Virus record (IMG/VR): IMGVR_UViG_3300044546_000600
Coordinates: 1 to 64,000 of that record
Length of the DNA stretch: 64,000 nucleotides
Strand: one strand, 5' to 3'
DNA from: a virus
Taxonomy: Duplodnaviria; Caudoviricetes
Shown here: piece after piece, positions 1-9,174 of the stretch
Numbering within the stretch: the stretch's first letter is position 1
Layout of the letters: the number at the start of each line of letters is the position of its first letter
The notes under the pieces: generated by a model
What the model saw: only the letters and a program-made list of their open reading frames with translations
The model's database searches: none
Told to the model about the DNA's origin: nothing
Program-made: the position numbers and the translations under genes

Positions 1-296
1 AACCTATACTTGACCCCATCCACTTCAACAACCTTACCTTCACAAGATGGCTTGGGTTTGATGTATTCATTGAATTCTTTTTCGGTCATATCTTCACCAT
101 TAACATACCATGCTTTATGACCATCAGTATATTCAATAGCTGGACCATCAAGGCGATGGAGTTTACCATCAACATACCATTCTTTAGAGCCATCAGCATA
201 TTCAACAGCGGGTCCATCAAGGCGATGGAGTTGGTCTTTATCGTTAGACCAATAAATGTTTTTATCTTCGTCAACAATTACTTTATAAGTTTCCAT
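1..296 (-). CDS. HRLDGPA-repeat protein, partial (runs off left edge)
   Basis: Manual translation from ATG at 296: METYKVIVDEDKNIYWSNDKDQLHRLDGPAVEYADGSKEWYVDGKLHRLDGPAIEYTDGHKAWYVNGEDMTEKEF...; two 22-aa repeats. Absent from the ORF track because there is no stop in the window. Confidence 0.85.
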   Translation of the reverse strand, partial: METYKVIVDEDKNIYWSNDKDQLHRLDGPAVEYADGSKEWYVDGKLHRLDGPAIEYTDGHKAWYVNGEDMTEKEFNEYIKPKPSCEGKVVEVDGVKYR

Positions 297-318
297 GAGC
301 AGAAGAGTAGAGCGGTTT

Positions 319-549
319 TTACAGAAAGTCAAGATTAAATTTTCGTAACAAGTTGTTTTCGTCATCTGGGTTATTCTTCACAACCTCGATCAGATGAAAG
401 ATGCAAGATGGATTGTTCTTGATAATCTCATCATCCCATTTTTCATAATCGTAATTGAAGAACTTTTGAATGTAACGATTGTCAGGGTTAAGTTTCATAC
501 TTAGAAAAGTAGCAGAGTTTTTGAGAATGTCAATAGTTTTTATCCACAA
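319..549 (-). CDS. hypothetical protein
   Basis: 76-aa ORF tiling with its neighbours on the minus strand. Confidence 0.6.
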   Translation of the reverse strand: MWIKTIDILKNSATFLSMKLNPDNRYIQKFFNYDYEKWDDEIIKNNPSCIFHLIEVVKNNPDDENNLLRKFNLDFL

Positions 550-869
550 AAAACGTTACCAATGAATTTTTTGTCTTTGAAATACTTGGCGGCAATTAAA
601 TTGAATTTAAAATAGGAGTCTAGCATAGAGATTGGAAGCGCAGCACTAGACAACGCAATGGCGCGATCATACGCAATCTTCTTGGCCAAGTTCTTATCGA
701 AAACGTCGCCGGTATTAACGTTACATAAAGACCAACCAATGCTGTAATAGCCTTCAAGAGATTTTGTTTCAGTAGCGGCAAACACGCCAACTTTCTGATT
801 TTTTCGATTGTAGTGGTAAATATGAAGTCCTTTTGGGAACTGCACAATTTCTTTTTGTTTGTTATTCAT
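540..869 (-). CDS. hypothetical phage protein
   Basis: 109-aa ORF with short overlaps on both sides. Confidence 0.7.
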   Translation of the reverse strand: MNNKQKEIVQFPKGLHIYHYNRKNQKVGVFAATETKSLEGYYSIGWSLCNVNTGDVFDKNLAKKIAYDRAIALSSAALPISMLDSYFKFNLIAAKYFKDKKFIGNVFCG

Positions 870-1137
870 GTGTTATGTATTTTCCGCCTTTAACAACTCT
901 TACAGAGTCCATAGAAAAATAATCATCCAAATGATCGCAATGTAAAAAATGATATGCCGGATATTTTCTTCCGTTCCACTCAATAAACATTTCTCCGTTT
1001 TCTTCAATAACCTGTGCTATGTTACAGTACATATGCTGATATCCATCTTCGTCCACTCCAGACCATTGAAAGTCCAATGTATCAAGATGCTCCGCCTCAA
1101 ACTCAGGAGAAAATTTTGGTTTAAATTTGATTTTCAT
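862..1137 (-). CDS. hypothetical protein
   Basis: ORF track 862..1170; the ATG at 1137 (MKIKFKP) avoids overlap with the upstream gene. Confidence 0.6.
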   Translation of the reverse strand: MKIKFKPKFSPEFEAEHLDTLDFQWSGVDEDGYQHMYCNIAQVIEENGEMFIEWNGRKYPAYHFLHCDHLDDYFSMDSVRVVKGGKYITHE

Positions 1138-1141
1138 ATAG

Positions 1142-1723
1142 TTATGAAGTTTGTGAACCGTGGTGATCAATAGATTTGTAATTCTTAGTTTTCATCTTGG
1201 CGCGAAGTTGTTCCATAGATACTGGAAAGTAGTTCCAGCAATCTACGCCAACATCGCAGCCAAGAGCATTTGGGTCGTCAGGGAGAGTGCCGTGCGAGTG
1301 TCCGTAAAGTTGCCAGCTACCTTTGTGACTGCCGTTCCATACTTTCATAGCATAGTGACACAAGATAATCTTTTGTTTCTCAACTGTTACTTCTCGGAGG
1401 TATGGTGTCCCGAACTGAACCGCTTCATTTAGATAGCTTTGAAGCTCCAATTCAATATCAAGATACATCTTAACAAGACGTTTATCATGGTTGCCTAAGC
1501 AGAAATGAATTTTGCCATTTAAGCGACGAAGATAAGGAGCGGCAGGACCGCCACCCACAGCAAAGTCGCCAAGATGATACACTGTATCTTCTGGACCAAC
1601 AACACTGTTCCAGTTATGAATAAGGGCATTGTCCATCTCTTCTGTCGAAGAGAAAGGGCGTTTGCAGTATTTGATAATGTTCGCGTGCCCAAAATGGGTA
1701 TCGCTAGTAAAGAATGTTTTCAT
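1142..1723 (-). CDS. calcineurin-like metallophosphoesterase
   Basis: Motifs SDTHFGH, HLGDF, GNHD, YGHSHG; start moved to MKTFFTSD so it does not overlap the tRNA. Confidence 0.92.
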   Translation of the reverse strand: MKTFFTSDTHFGHANIIKYCKRPFSSTEEMDNALIHNWNSVVGPEDTVYHLGDFAVGGGPAAPYLRRLNGKIHFCLGNHDKRLVKMYLDIELELQSYLNEAVQFGTPYLREVTVEKQKIILCHYAMKVWNGSHKGSWQLYGHSHGTLPDDPNALGCDVGVDCWNYFPVSMEQLRAKMKTKNYKSIDHHGSQTS

Positions 1724-1730
1724 TGTAAAA

Positions 1731-1818
1731 TGGTAGCCGAGATGGGAGTCGAACCCATAATCCCTAAAGGGCAAGCGATTTTAAGTCGCTTATGTATAGC
1801 CAGTTCCATCACTCGGCC
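1731..1818 (-). tRNA. tRNA-Leu(TAA)
   Basis: GGCCGAG/CTCGGCT acceptor stem, anticodon loop CT-TAA-AA, long variable arm, GGTTCGACTCC T arm, encoded CCA. Confidence 0.93.
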
Positions 1819-1867
1819 AAAAAGATTTGTAATGCGATAAGTTTTTAGTAGAAACGATTGCCTATTG

Positions 1868-1877
1868 GTGTAATATA
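1868..1877 (+). promoter_or_regulatory. candidate late promoter motif GTGTAATATA
   Basis: Starts 14 nt before the HNH ATG; same sequence and spacing at 3081. Confidence 0.5.
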
Positions 1878-1881
1878 CAGT

Positions 1882-2304
1882 ATGAGAAAATACAGAAACT
1901 ACACTGATGAGCAAGTTATTGATTTGGCGAAGAAAGTCAAGAGTATTGCTGAACTTCTTAGAAATTTAAATTTAAAATGCGTCGGGGGAAATTACTACAC
2001 AATTCATTCTTTAATAGAGAAATTGGAAATAGATACTTCTCATTGGACTGGTTCTAAATGGAATAAAGGTAAGAGATTAAAAGGTTGGTCTAATTATTCT
2101 AGAGCGTCTTATGTAAAACCGCATTTAATAAAAGAAAGAGGTCATGCTTGTGAATCTTGCGAAAATACTGAATGGTTAGGGCAACTAATAAAACTTGAAA
2201 TTCATCATGTTGATAAAAATAGAACAAATAATGATCCTTTAAATTTAAAATTGCTTTGCCCAAATTGTCACTCCATTACTGATGGATGGAGGAAAAAGAA
2301 TTAA
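1882..2304 (+). CDS. HNH endonuclease with N-terminal putative DNA-binding segment
   Basis: CESC...LEIHHVDKNRTNN...LLCPNCH; free-standing on the opposite strand between two tRNA genes. Confidence 0.88.
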   Translation: MRKYRNYTDEQVIDLAKKVKSIAELLRNLNLKCVGGNYYTIHSLIEKLEIDTSHWTGSKWNKGKRLKGWSNYSRASYVKPHLIKERGHACESCENTEWLGQLIKLEIHHVDKNRTNNDPLNLKLLCPNCHSITDGWRKKN

Positions 2305-2316
2305 AGTCAACACTTT

Positions 2317-2550
2317 TTAAGGAGATTTTGATTTTAGTTCCTGAAATCTTTTAATCACATCGTCAAGAATTTTTAATTCTTTTGCGTTTCCTTCGGTGGT
2401 ATCTTCCATCCATGAATTTATAGCGCGAAGTTCGCAGACGTGCTCAAACATATCTTCTGCCATTGTTCGCCAATCATCTTGAGTTAAGAGCAGTTCGTGA
2501 ATCAACTGCGCTGCACTATCAGGATTTTGTTTTGTCCATTCGGAGTTCAT
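2317..2550 (-). CDS. hypothetical protein
   Basis: ATGA overlap with the upstream gene at 2547-2550 (MNSEWTK). Confidence 0.6.
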   Translation of the reverse strand: MNSEWTKQNPDSAAQLIHELLLTQDDWRTMAEDMFEHVCELRAINSWMEDTTEGNAKELKILDDVIKRFQELKSKSP

Positions 2551-2903
2551 TGTTCTTTGTAAAACCAAGTGCGATGTTTTTCGGCGACCCATTCGTGACC
2601 ATAATCAGTTGTGCAAATTATCCATTCAACATCATCTGGCACTTCTACGATACGAATACAAACATGAAGAACAGAAAACCTTTCGCAACCAATCTCTTCG
2701 TAAATCTTTAACAAAGTTTCATCGTCGCGTTTTAAATTATAAAAAACAACTTCGCTACGAACATATTTACCGCCAGCGTAACCGTCGCCAGCGTAACCGT
2801 CTTCTATTGTGTAAGGAATACCTTTCGCTTTGAGATACATTTCCTTAGCTTCCAGAGACATATAGAATCCGCCAACTTCTGGGTTTATGAGTATTTTTTG
2901 CAT
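2547..2903 (-). CDS. hypothetical phage protein, paralog of 13010..13285
   Basis: KILIN..GGF.MS.EA and C-terminal EWVAEKHRTW shared with 13010..13285. Confidence 0.75.
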   Translation of the reverse strand: MQKILINPEVGGFYMSLEAKEMYLKAKGIPYTIEDGYAGDGYAGGKYVRSEVVFYNLKRDDETLLKIYEEIGCERFSVLHVCIRIVEVPDDVEWIICTTDYGHEWVAEKHRTWFYKEQ

Positions 2904-2910
2904 ATAAAAA

Positions 2911-2985
2911 TGGAGCTTCAAATCGGAGTCGAACCGATGACCGCTCGCTTACAAGGCGAGTGCTCTACCACTGAGCTACTGAAGC
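2911..2985 (-). tRNA. tRNA-Thr(TGT)
   Basis: GCTTCAG acceptor stem, CTCGC-CT-TGT-AA-GCGAG anticodon arm, GGTTCGACTCC T arm, encoded CCA. Confidence 0.95.
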
Positions 2986-3080
2986 TAATTGTTTTACCAA
3001 CGATCTCGTCTAGTAAAATAGTTTGGGCGATTCCATAAGTGGCATAGCACTATTATGAAAATCAAGATTGATAACATTAA

Positions 3081-3090
3081 GTGTAATATA
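3081..3090 (+). promoter_or_regulatory. candidate late promoter motif GTGTAATATA
   Basis: Starts 14 nt before the ATG at 3095. Confidence 0.5.
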
Positions 3091-3094
3091 TAAT

Positions 3095-3358
3095 ATGGAT
3101 AGTCCCCGATTATTACAAGCAGATATACATAATAATTATAGCATTGTGTCTGGAGATTGGTCTAGCTACAAGACACAAATCACTGGACTTTACTCTGCTA
3201 CTGGTTACGCTGCTTCTGGCAATGGAACTTTCGGGGACTTCTCCGATCATTTAGTTAGAGAATACAATCATAAGATTGATGTGTTGGGAATGCCAACAGG
3301 CTTATTTATTCGACCTTTTGATGCTGGTTATAGATTAACTGGCATCGCTATCAGTTGA
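3095..3358 (+). CDS. hypothetical protein (isolated plus-strand gene)
   Basis: S/G/Y-rich 87-aa ORF directly after the GTGTAATATA motif. Confidence 0.6.
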   Translation: MDSPRLLQADIHNNYSIVSGDWSSYKTQITGLYSATGYAASGNGTFGDFSDHLVREYNHKIDVLGMPTGLFIRPFDAGYRLTGIAIS

Positions 3359-3679
3359 TTTGCTTTCTTGCTTACCTTTGATGTAAGCGGACATTAAGAC
3401 GCAGTAGTTTAAGATGTCCAAGATAGCATCTTCATAGCTTTCGTTTTTAACCAAGAGCTTTCCATCTTGGGCAAACGTGCTAAGACGAGATACCTTGTCA
3501 ATGATACGAACAAGAAAACCTTGTTCAGTAGTGCAGACTCCCATAGCTTCGCACCGCTGAAAGTTGGCAAACGGAACGTCGCCTTTGCTCCCAGCATAGT
3601 CGTTGTTTTTGGCTTGCATGATCTCAAACGCTCGCTTGCAGAGCGTTTGGTGATGCTCAAACAGGTCTTGTCTATTCAT
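3335..3679 (-). CDS. DUF1599 / nucleotide-modification-associated domain 1-like protein
   Basis: KNNDYA...RIIDKVSRL...SYEDAILDILNY pattern. Confidence 0.7.
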   Translation of the reverse strand: MNRQDLFEHHQTLCKRAFEIMQAKNNDYAGSKGDVPFANFQRCEAMGVCTTEQGFLVRIIDKVSRLSTFAQDGKLLVKNESYEDAILDILNYCVLMSAYIKGKQESKSTDSDAS

Positions 3680-3701
3680 GGTGAATAAAAATTAATTTAA
3701 A

Positions 3702-4013
3702 TTATTCGCCCTTGATAACTTTTGATCTCACCCTAGATAGTAAAGAAGCAACGTCTTTAGAATCCACCACAACAGGAACGTTGCGCTGAATCTTGCCAGA
3801 GTCGTCTTTAAAGGCGTGAACGATTTGATAAGGCTCCTCTGTTCGCGCCGTTTCTGAGGTGAAGCAATGCGCCGCCCATGCTGCGGCATTGTCCAAAGCG
3901 AAATCATAGAAGTTAATGCAGTTGCGAAGCGTACCGTCTCGTTCAAGATTCCAAATCTCAAACCAGTTCTTGTTAGCTGCTACTCCATTAGTTGTGAGTT
4001 GTAGTGTGTCCAT
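3702..4013 (-). CDS. hypothetical protein
   Basis: 103-aa ORF, 1-nt overlap with the upstream gene. Confidence 0.65.
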   Translation of the reverse strand: MDTLQLTTNGVAANKNWFEIWNLERDGTLRNCINFYDFALDNAAAWAAHCFTSETARTEEPYQIVHAFKDDSGKIQRNVPVVVDSKDVASLLSRVRSKVIKGE

Positions 4014-4336
4014 TAGTTTTGTTCGTGAAAAGATTGCTTAACAATATCGTGAGGATATTGCGTTCTATCAATAGATTGAAGCTCATTTGCTCTGATAATC
4101 ATGTAGTGATGAATAAAATGGCGAGTGTCCCAATCTAATACTCGCCCTTCCTCTTGAGGAAGCCCTTGAAGGACTTCATCAAGATTCAGGTTGAAGCTCA
4201 AGCACAAGGCTTGAATCTTACGATAAATGCCGATCTCTTTATACTTTAAGAGAGCAAAGGCAATATCGAGTTCAGTCGTATTCGCATTTTCTAGTTTTTG
4301 AACAAGTGGATTAAGTTTCATATCAGAATGACTCAA
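4013..4336 (-). CDS. hypothetical protein
   Basis: 107-aa ORF directly after rIIB. Confidence 0.65.
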   Translation of the reverse strand: MSHSDMKLNPLVQKLENANTTELDIAFALLKYKEIGIYRKIQALCLSFNLNLDEVLQGLPQEEGRVLDWDTRHFIHHYMIIRANELQSIDRTQYPHDIVKQSFHEQN

Positions 4337-5444
4337 CGATCACCGCGTCATCCGTGCTGACGCGAGAGCCATCGGCACGAAGAGTGTTTTCGTTGGTGTC
4401 GTAGCCCAACTCAAAGATGATGTCAGCAAGCTCATCGTACTCAACATCATATCCATTAATAGCATCGTTCATAATACTAGACAACGATGGATAAATTTCA
4501 TTGTTGATAGCATTTTCGATGTAATTGCCAACTTTAAGTTTGATAGCTTCGTGACGCCAATCAATGTCACGAGAATCGTTGTTATCGTCCACCCGTTCAG
4601 CTCTATCGAGGCCACTATCATCGACGCTATCGCAGCCGCACTCGTCGCAATCATCGCAATCACCTTCGTTATAGATAGGCTCGCTGATCTCTTTGCGCTC
4701 TGGAGTAATGTCAGAGATAACTTTGTACTTGCTCACGCGCAGTTTTTGGAAAGAGCAGTCAGTTGGAACGCTCACAGCATCGGCTGGATTAACCTCCACA
4801 ACGAGCAAACGTCCAGTTGGCCCAGCCCAGTTCTGAGCGTAATCAAAGCTACCAACGTGCAAGCCAAACGAGCAGTGATTGTCTTTGTTGTCGTCAACAG
4901 AGCGACGAGCAACTTCGATAGTAGAGCCAATAGCGTTCAAGATGTGACCTGATTCGTTCACTTTGCCTTGAACAACAACGGTTGAAGTGTTGCCGCTGCT
5001 GGAATAAAAATCATTTTTAACTCCTTTGTAAGCGAGGAAATTTCCTTCTGGCGTGATTGGAAGCGACTTGTAAGACAAGAACGAATAGAGTTCGTTGACT
5101 GAGTTGGCCGAAACGTTAGACATGAGATTGCTAATGAAGTTTAGCAAAGGCTCAGCATCTTTAGCTCCAGCCTTCAACAGCTCAAGCAACTTCGTTACAA
5201 CAACGCCATGTAGCTTTTCAGTGCCATAGAACACTTCGCCATCAGCAACGCGAAGTTTGCCATGAGAGAAGTTGACGATCTTGTGCTCAACGCTCACAAG
5301 ACTAGGAATATCGGCATAGTTCGCGTCGATCAAGGCTTTGCGTAGAGCAAAGAAGTTTGGATTAGACTTCTCGACGGTATAAGGACGACCATTAACGAAA
5401 ACGGTAATGGAATCATCGCGCATAATGTAGGCTGGCTTATTCAT
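4323..5444 (-). CDS. rIIB: RIIB-like protein
   Basis: LYSFL...LPITPEGNFLAYKGV and VDDNKDNHCSFGLHVGSFDYA motifs; directly downstream of rIIA. Confidence 0.85.
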   Translation of the reverse strand: MNKPAYIMRDDSITVFVNGRPYTVEKSNPNFFALRKALIDANYADIPSLVSVEHKIVNFSHGKLRVADGEVFYGTEKLHGVVVTKLLELLKAGAKDAEPLLNFISNLMSNVSANSVNELYSFLSYKSLPITPEGNFLAYKGVKNDFYSSSGNTSTVVVQGKVNESGHILNAIGSTIEVARRSVDDNKDNHCSFGLHVGSFDYAQNWAGPTGRLLVVEVNPADAVSVPTDCSFQKLRVSKYKVISDITPERKEISEPIYNEGDCDDCDECGCDSVDDSGLDRAERVDDNNDSRDIDWRHEAIKLKVGNYIENAINNEIYPSLSSIMNDAINGYDVEYDELADIIFELGYDTNENTLRADGSRVSTDDAVIVESF

Positions 5445-5470
5445 ATAGATAACTTAGTTTAGTTTTGTTG

Positions 5471-7558
5471 TTATTGTTTATCAATCAGGGAAATGTAATC
5501 GACCATGTTTTTGCAGTGCTCTTCGTTATGGTAACCATAGTAGTTTGAGAACATCATTACTATTGGATACTTCTTAACGAGAGCATCATGTTCAGCATCA
5601 ATTTTAGTTTTGTCAATAGTTTCTGAAAAAGATTGGCGGGTCAAGCGAAGCAATTCCATAATACTCTCTTGTTCAAGAGAGAATTGTTTATCAGTTACAG
5701 GTTCAGTTCCGTAGAACATATTCAAAGGATGCTTCTTGTCAAGCCTATCAGCGATACTTTTTACGTAACTTCTAAATTTAGATGCGCGATAATTGTTTTC
5801 GAGATTTTGAGAGATTGCGCTACCGTGCATTTTTAATTGTTTTTTAATGTAATCCTCAACTAGAGTTGCAAGGTTGATTGCTTCGTCGCCCAAATCCGAA
5901 TCATCTTGAACACCATAAACATAAGTTTGGTCAAGGATTTTCAATTCATGCAGCTTGGTAAAGAACTCGAAAGAGTGATCTCTGGTAAATTCTTGACCAG
6001 CAATCTCACAATAAAAGCGGCGATCTTTGTTTTGCAGTTTAACGTAATAAAACTTACCTTCTGGAAGGTTAGCTTGAGTAACAAAAGGCCGATAACCATA
6101 AATGGCTTTGGCAAATACAATGCGAGCCTGAGAAGCCTTCGCCTGATCAGATTTCAATTCTTTGGTAGTAGAAGAAAGGAAAATGCGATTGCAAGTAGTG
6201 TAAGAAGTTAAAAATGCTTTAGCTTCTTCTGGAGGAAGAACAACGACGGAAAAACCTTTTTTGTCTCCAAGAATTGAATTTTTTTGAATCCAGCGAGCTT
6301 TGGCGAAAAGACTCTTTTTTTTGTCCGCGATGAGAATACAATAATTGCTGTTAGAATAAAACAGTGAAGGACTAAGACTTCTCTTGTCGGAAATGCTAAT
6401 AGTTCGGAAATTACCGTTGCGATTAACGCAATAACCATGCGTAATTTCGTAATGGAGGTTTGGCTGAACTTGAATTTTGTCGCCATTAGAGGCGTTAAAG
6501 ATCATTGGTATATCACTAGCAACATTTTGCAAAACGTAATTGTCGCTAATGCTATTCACCTTGGCCATAAACTGCTCTACGTCTGAAATATCATTTAAAG
6601 TCTTTTGAAACACTTCTCTGATTTCATATTCAAGATTTGAGAAGAACGAAACGAGATTCTTTTTAGTGAGTTCGTTGTACTCTAAACTCTCTCTGGAGTG
6701 ATGCAGAGAAAGCGAGCCAACAGGAAAGAAAAACACGAAGAAAGAGGCTGCGCTAGTACCTCTGAGAGATTTGTAGATTGAGAGCGAAGATAGTCTATCA
6801 GACAACATTTCAAGATTAAGTGGGTAAGAAATGCCGCCCATAACAATCACTGGAGAATCTGATCTACGATTATAGACGCTGCCATTATTAAGATGTTTTA
6901 ATACACCCCAAGTGTTGTTCTTTATCACCCAATCAAGAGTTTCCAAAGATTGGATGCCAGAAGAAACAAAAGGCGCGGAGGTGAACTTTAAAACTTTGTG
7001 ACCAGCTTCGATAAACTTAGCAATGTCTTCGTTTTTTACAGCAACAGAAATTTCCACACCATTTGGCTCAGTGGTAGATTCTTCTGCGAGCTTGGTAAAG
7101 CGAGTGTCGCCGCTTTCATCCACATAAACAGAGATAATGATCTTTTCGCCATCTTTGCAGGAAACTACGGTAAATGAGTCGGTATAAGACAAGGGAGAGA
7201 AGCGGCCAATACCGAAACCGCCGATTGCGTTGTTGCTGCCGCGCTTGCTAGAGCGACCATACTTGGTGTAAAGGCCAAACAACTCTTCCTCAGACAAGCC
7301 GCCGCCAAAGTCGCGCACCGAATAGGTAGGAGCGAGATGAGTTGGAAAGCTGATCTTGATTGGAGTGGCAGAATTCGCCGCGCTGTTAGCGTCAACAGCG
7401 TTTGCCCAAGTTTCGCGCACAGTGGCGAGAATGGTGTCGGAATAATTGTTACGAAGAAGAGACGAAATGTAACGCATCTCGCTCGCATCAATGGTAGCGA
7501 TTTCAGATTTGAAATCGTGAGACTCAACAACGTTTTTCTGGATGGATTTAATGATCAT
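5471..7558 (-). CDS. rIIA: RIIA-like protein (GHKL/HSP90-type ATPase N-terminus)
   Basis: VRETWANAVDA, VRDFGGGL, YTKYGRSSK, IGGFGIGRFSPLSY; paired with rIIB. Confidence 0.87.
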   Translation of the reverse strand: MIIKSIQKNVVESHDFKSEIATIDASEMRYISSLLRNNYSDTILATVRETWANAVDANSAANSATPIKISFPTHLAPTYSVRDFGGGLSEEELFGLYTKYGRSSKRGSNNAIGGFGIGRFSPLSYTDSFTVVSCKDGEKIIISVYVDESGDTRFTKLAEESTTEPNGVEISVAVKNEDIAKFIEAGHKVLKFTSAPFVSSGIQSLETLDWVIKNNTWGVLKHLNNGSVYNRRSDSPVIVMGGISYPLNLEMLSDRLSSLSIYKSLRGTSAASFFVFFFPVGSLSLHHSRESLEYNELTKKNLVSFFSNLEYEIREVFQKTLNDISDVEQFMAKVNSISDNYVLQNVASDIPMIFNASNGDKIQVQPNLHYEITHGYCVNRNGNFRTISISDKRSLSPSLFYSNSNYCILIADKKKSLFAKARWIQKNSILGDKKGFSVVVLPPEEAKAFLTSYTTCNRIFLSSTTKELKSDQAKASQARIVFAKAIYGYRPFVTQANLPEGKFYYVKLQNKDRRFYCEIAGQEFTRDHSFEFFTKLHELKILDQTYVYGVQDDSDLGDEAINLATLVEDYIKKQLKMHGSAISQNLENNYRASKFRSYVKSIADRLDKKHPLNMFYGTEPVTDKQFSLEQESIMELLRLTRQSFSETIDKTKIDAEHDALVKKYPIVMMFSNYYGYHNEEHCKNMVDYISLIDKQ

Positions 7559-7592
7559 GTTAGCAATTTGTTTAGTAATTTAATCTGCAACC

Positions 7593-7620
7593 ACTCTACC
7601 ACACTTTTCTTATCCGTCAA
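7593..7620 (-). promoter_or_regulatory. sigma70-like promoter upstream of rIIA
   Basis: TTGACG-16 nt-TAGAGT with TGn immediately before the -10 element. Confidence 0.55.
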
Positions 7621-7865
7621 GCGTTTTGAACAACTTTTTTTGAGTTTCTTTGAGAAAGTTCTAAAGCCTTGTTTTCAAGCCACTTAACTTGCGAAGAATT
7701 TTCGCAAATAACAGAAAGCACCGAATTTTTATCAGAAGTGTAGCTCGAAATCATAAACTCAGCGTGAAACTTGAACTGCTTCAAAAACTGATCTGAAACC
7801 TGCTCGTAAATGCCGTAAACTTCTGAGAGGTTTTTAGAGGAGAAAATTTGGTGTTTGGTGTTCAT
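7617..7865 (-). CDS. hypothetical protein
   Basis: 82-aa ORF in operon-like tiling. Confidence 0.6.
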   Translation of the reverse strand: MNTKHQIFSSKNLSEVYGIYEQVSDQFLKQFKFHAEFMISSYTSDKNSVLSVICENSSQVKWLENKALELSQRNSKKVVQNA

Positions 7866-7867
7866 TT

Positions 7868-8230
7868 TTAATTGATTTTTAACCCGAATTTTGGGTCGTT
7901 TGCTTGCTGAATCATATTAACGTAATCGGCGAATTTTTCCAAATGAATCCACACTTTTCCATGCTGTTCAATCTCTTTGTCACTGAAACCTTGTGAGATC
8001 ATGTTCATCATCTGATTTTTATTCAGCACCAAAAATTCAACCGTGTTCTTTCTGTAATTTGGGCAAATGATCGAGTAAAGATGTTCAGTGTGAATTTCTG
8101 TGCCAAGGTATTCTTTTTTGCTGACGGAATCTTCCAAGGGCATTGGCCCAGTCCTGAATCCGATCTTCTCTTTGAAGAGAAAGTCAGTGGTTCTCTTGGT
8201 TACTAGGTCTAGTTCTGCTTGAAAATTCAT
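7868..8230 (-). CDS. hypothetical protein
   Basis: 120-aa ORF, ATGA overlap with uvsE. Confidence 0.65.
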   Translation of the reverse strand: MNFQAELDLVTKRTTDFLFKEKIGFRTGPMPLEDSVSKKEYLGTEIHTEHLYSIICPNYRKNTVEFLVLNKNQMMNMISQGFSDKEIEQHGKVWIHLEKFADYVNMIQQANDPKFGLKIN

Positions 8231-9132
8231 AGATGGTATTGTAAATTTAAAAGTTTGAAAATAGCTTTGTCTTTACCCTTGAGTTCCACGTCGAAGAAAA
8301 CGTCTTTGCCGTAAGCGTTGGGCTTGCCAATCGGCATATCAGCGTGCTTGCGCGTGTCATTGACGCCCTCGGAAAAGTGGAATAAAGGAGCGGTGTTCCA
8401 AGTAGAATAAGCGAGGTTAAAGTCTTGTTCATCGGTGGTGCCAGCGTTGCAGAATTGACGATGAAGAGAGTCGTAGGTCACAGGAATTCCGCTGGTGAGG
8501 AAAAAATGTTTGCAGAGATTAGAGATGTTCCATGAGCCATTAACGTTGTCATTGACCTCAACAACTAAACGCGACTTTACGTTGTGTGGGAGCGTGTGAT
8601 AATTGGCGAGAAAGCGTTTGGAAATTTCTTCGCAGTCACCATCTTGACGACAATGAATGTTGAGCGGTGAGCGGTAATCTTGGGGCAACTCAAGCAAGTC
8701 AAACAACTCAGCGTGAGAAATCAAATCGCGCACGCTGTTGCTGATTGCGTCAGGATTTTCGCTAGTGAGCGTAATGTATTCGGAAGGATGAGCGGAGATT
8801 CTAACGCCGCTAACTTTGATCTCGTTGGCGATTTTGTGCAAAGCGTCACGCATATCAGGCCAATCAGGTAAGTCTTGCAAACGAAGATTAACGCTAGGAT
8901 GATTGATAACAGGCGTTAAGCTAGAGGACAAACGGTAGCCAGCAATGCCGTAGCTGTGGCAATGCTTAATGATCTGATGCGTAACGAAAAAGTTATTGAG
9001 AATGCGCCGACTAAGAATGCGAATAGCTTCGCTTCGATCTAAAGAGACGAAACGAGTGAAAGTCATCGTCTCAAACTTGAAGCCTTTTTGTTCGGCAAGA
9101 ATTTCAGAGATGCAGCAAAGAGATAGTTTCAT
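8227..9132 (-). CDS. uvsE: UV DNA damage endonuclease (UvsE/UVDE)
   Basis: YRLSS, RISAHPSEYITLTS, RLVVEVND, YDSLH, LFHFSE, RKHAD, DVELKGKD. Confidence 0.92.
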   Translation of the reverse strand: MKLSLCCISEILAEQKGFKFETMTFTRFVSLDRSEAIRILSRRILNNFFVTHQIIKHCHSYGIAGYRLSSSLTPVINHPSVNLRLQDLPDWPDMRDALHKIANEIKVSGVRISAHPSEYITLTSENPDAISNSVRDLISHAELFDLLELPQDYRSPLNIHCRQDGDCEEISKRFLANYHTLPHNVKSRLVVEVNDNVNGSWNISNLCKHFFLTSGIPVTYDSLHRQFCNAGTTDEQDFNLAYSTWNTAPLFHFSEGVNDTRKHADMPIGKPNAYGKDVFFDVELKGKDKAIFKLLNLQYHL

Positions 9133-9174
9133 GTAAAAGAGCTAGATCAGAAAGCGTCTAGCTTGTCAATGGTT

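Noticed and set aside
86-277. 63-aa ORF in the supplied track
   Set aside because: Off-frame shadow of the HRLDGPA-repeat gene that starts at 296
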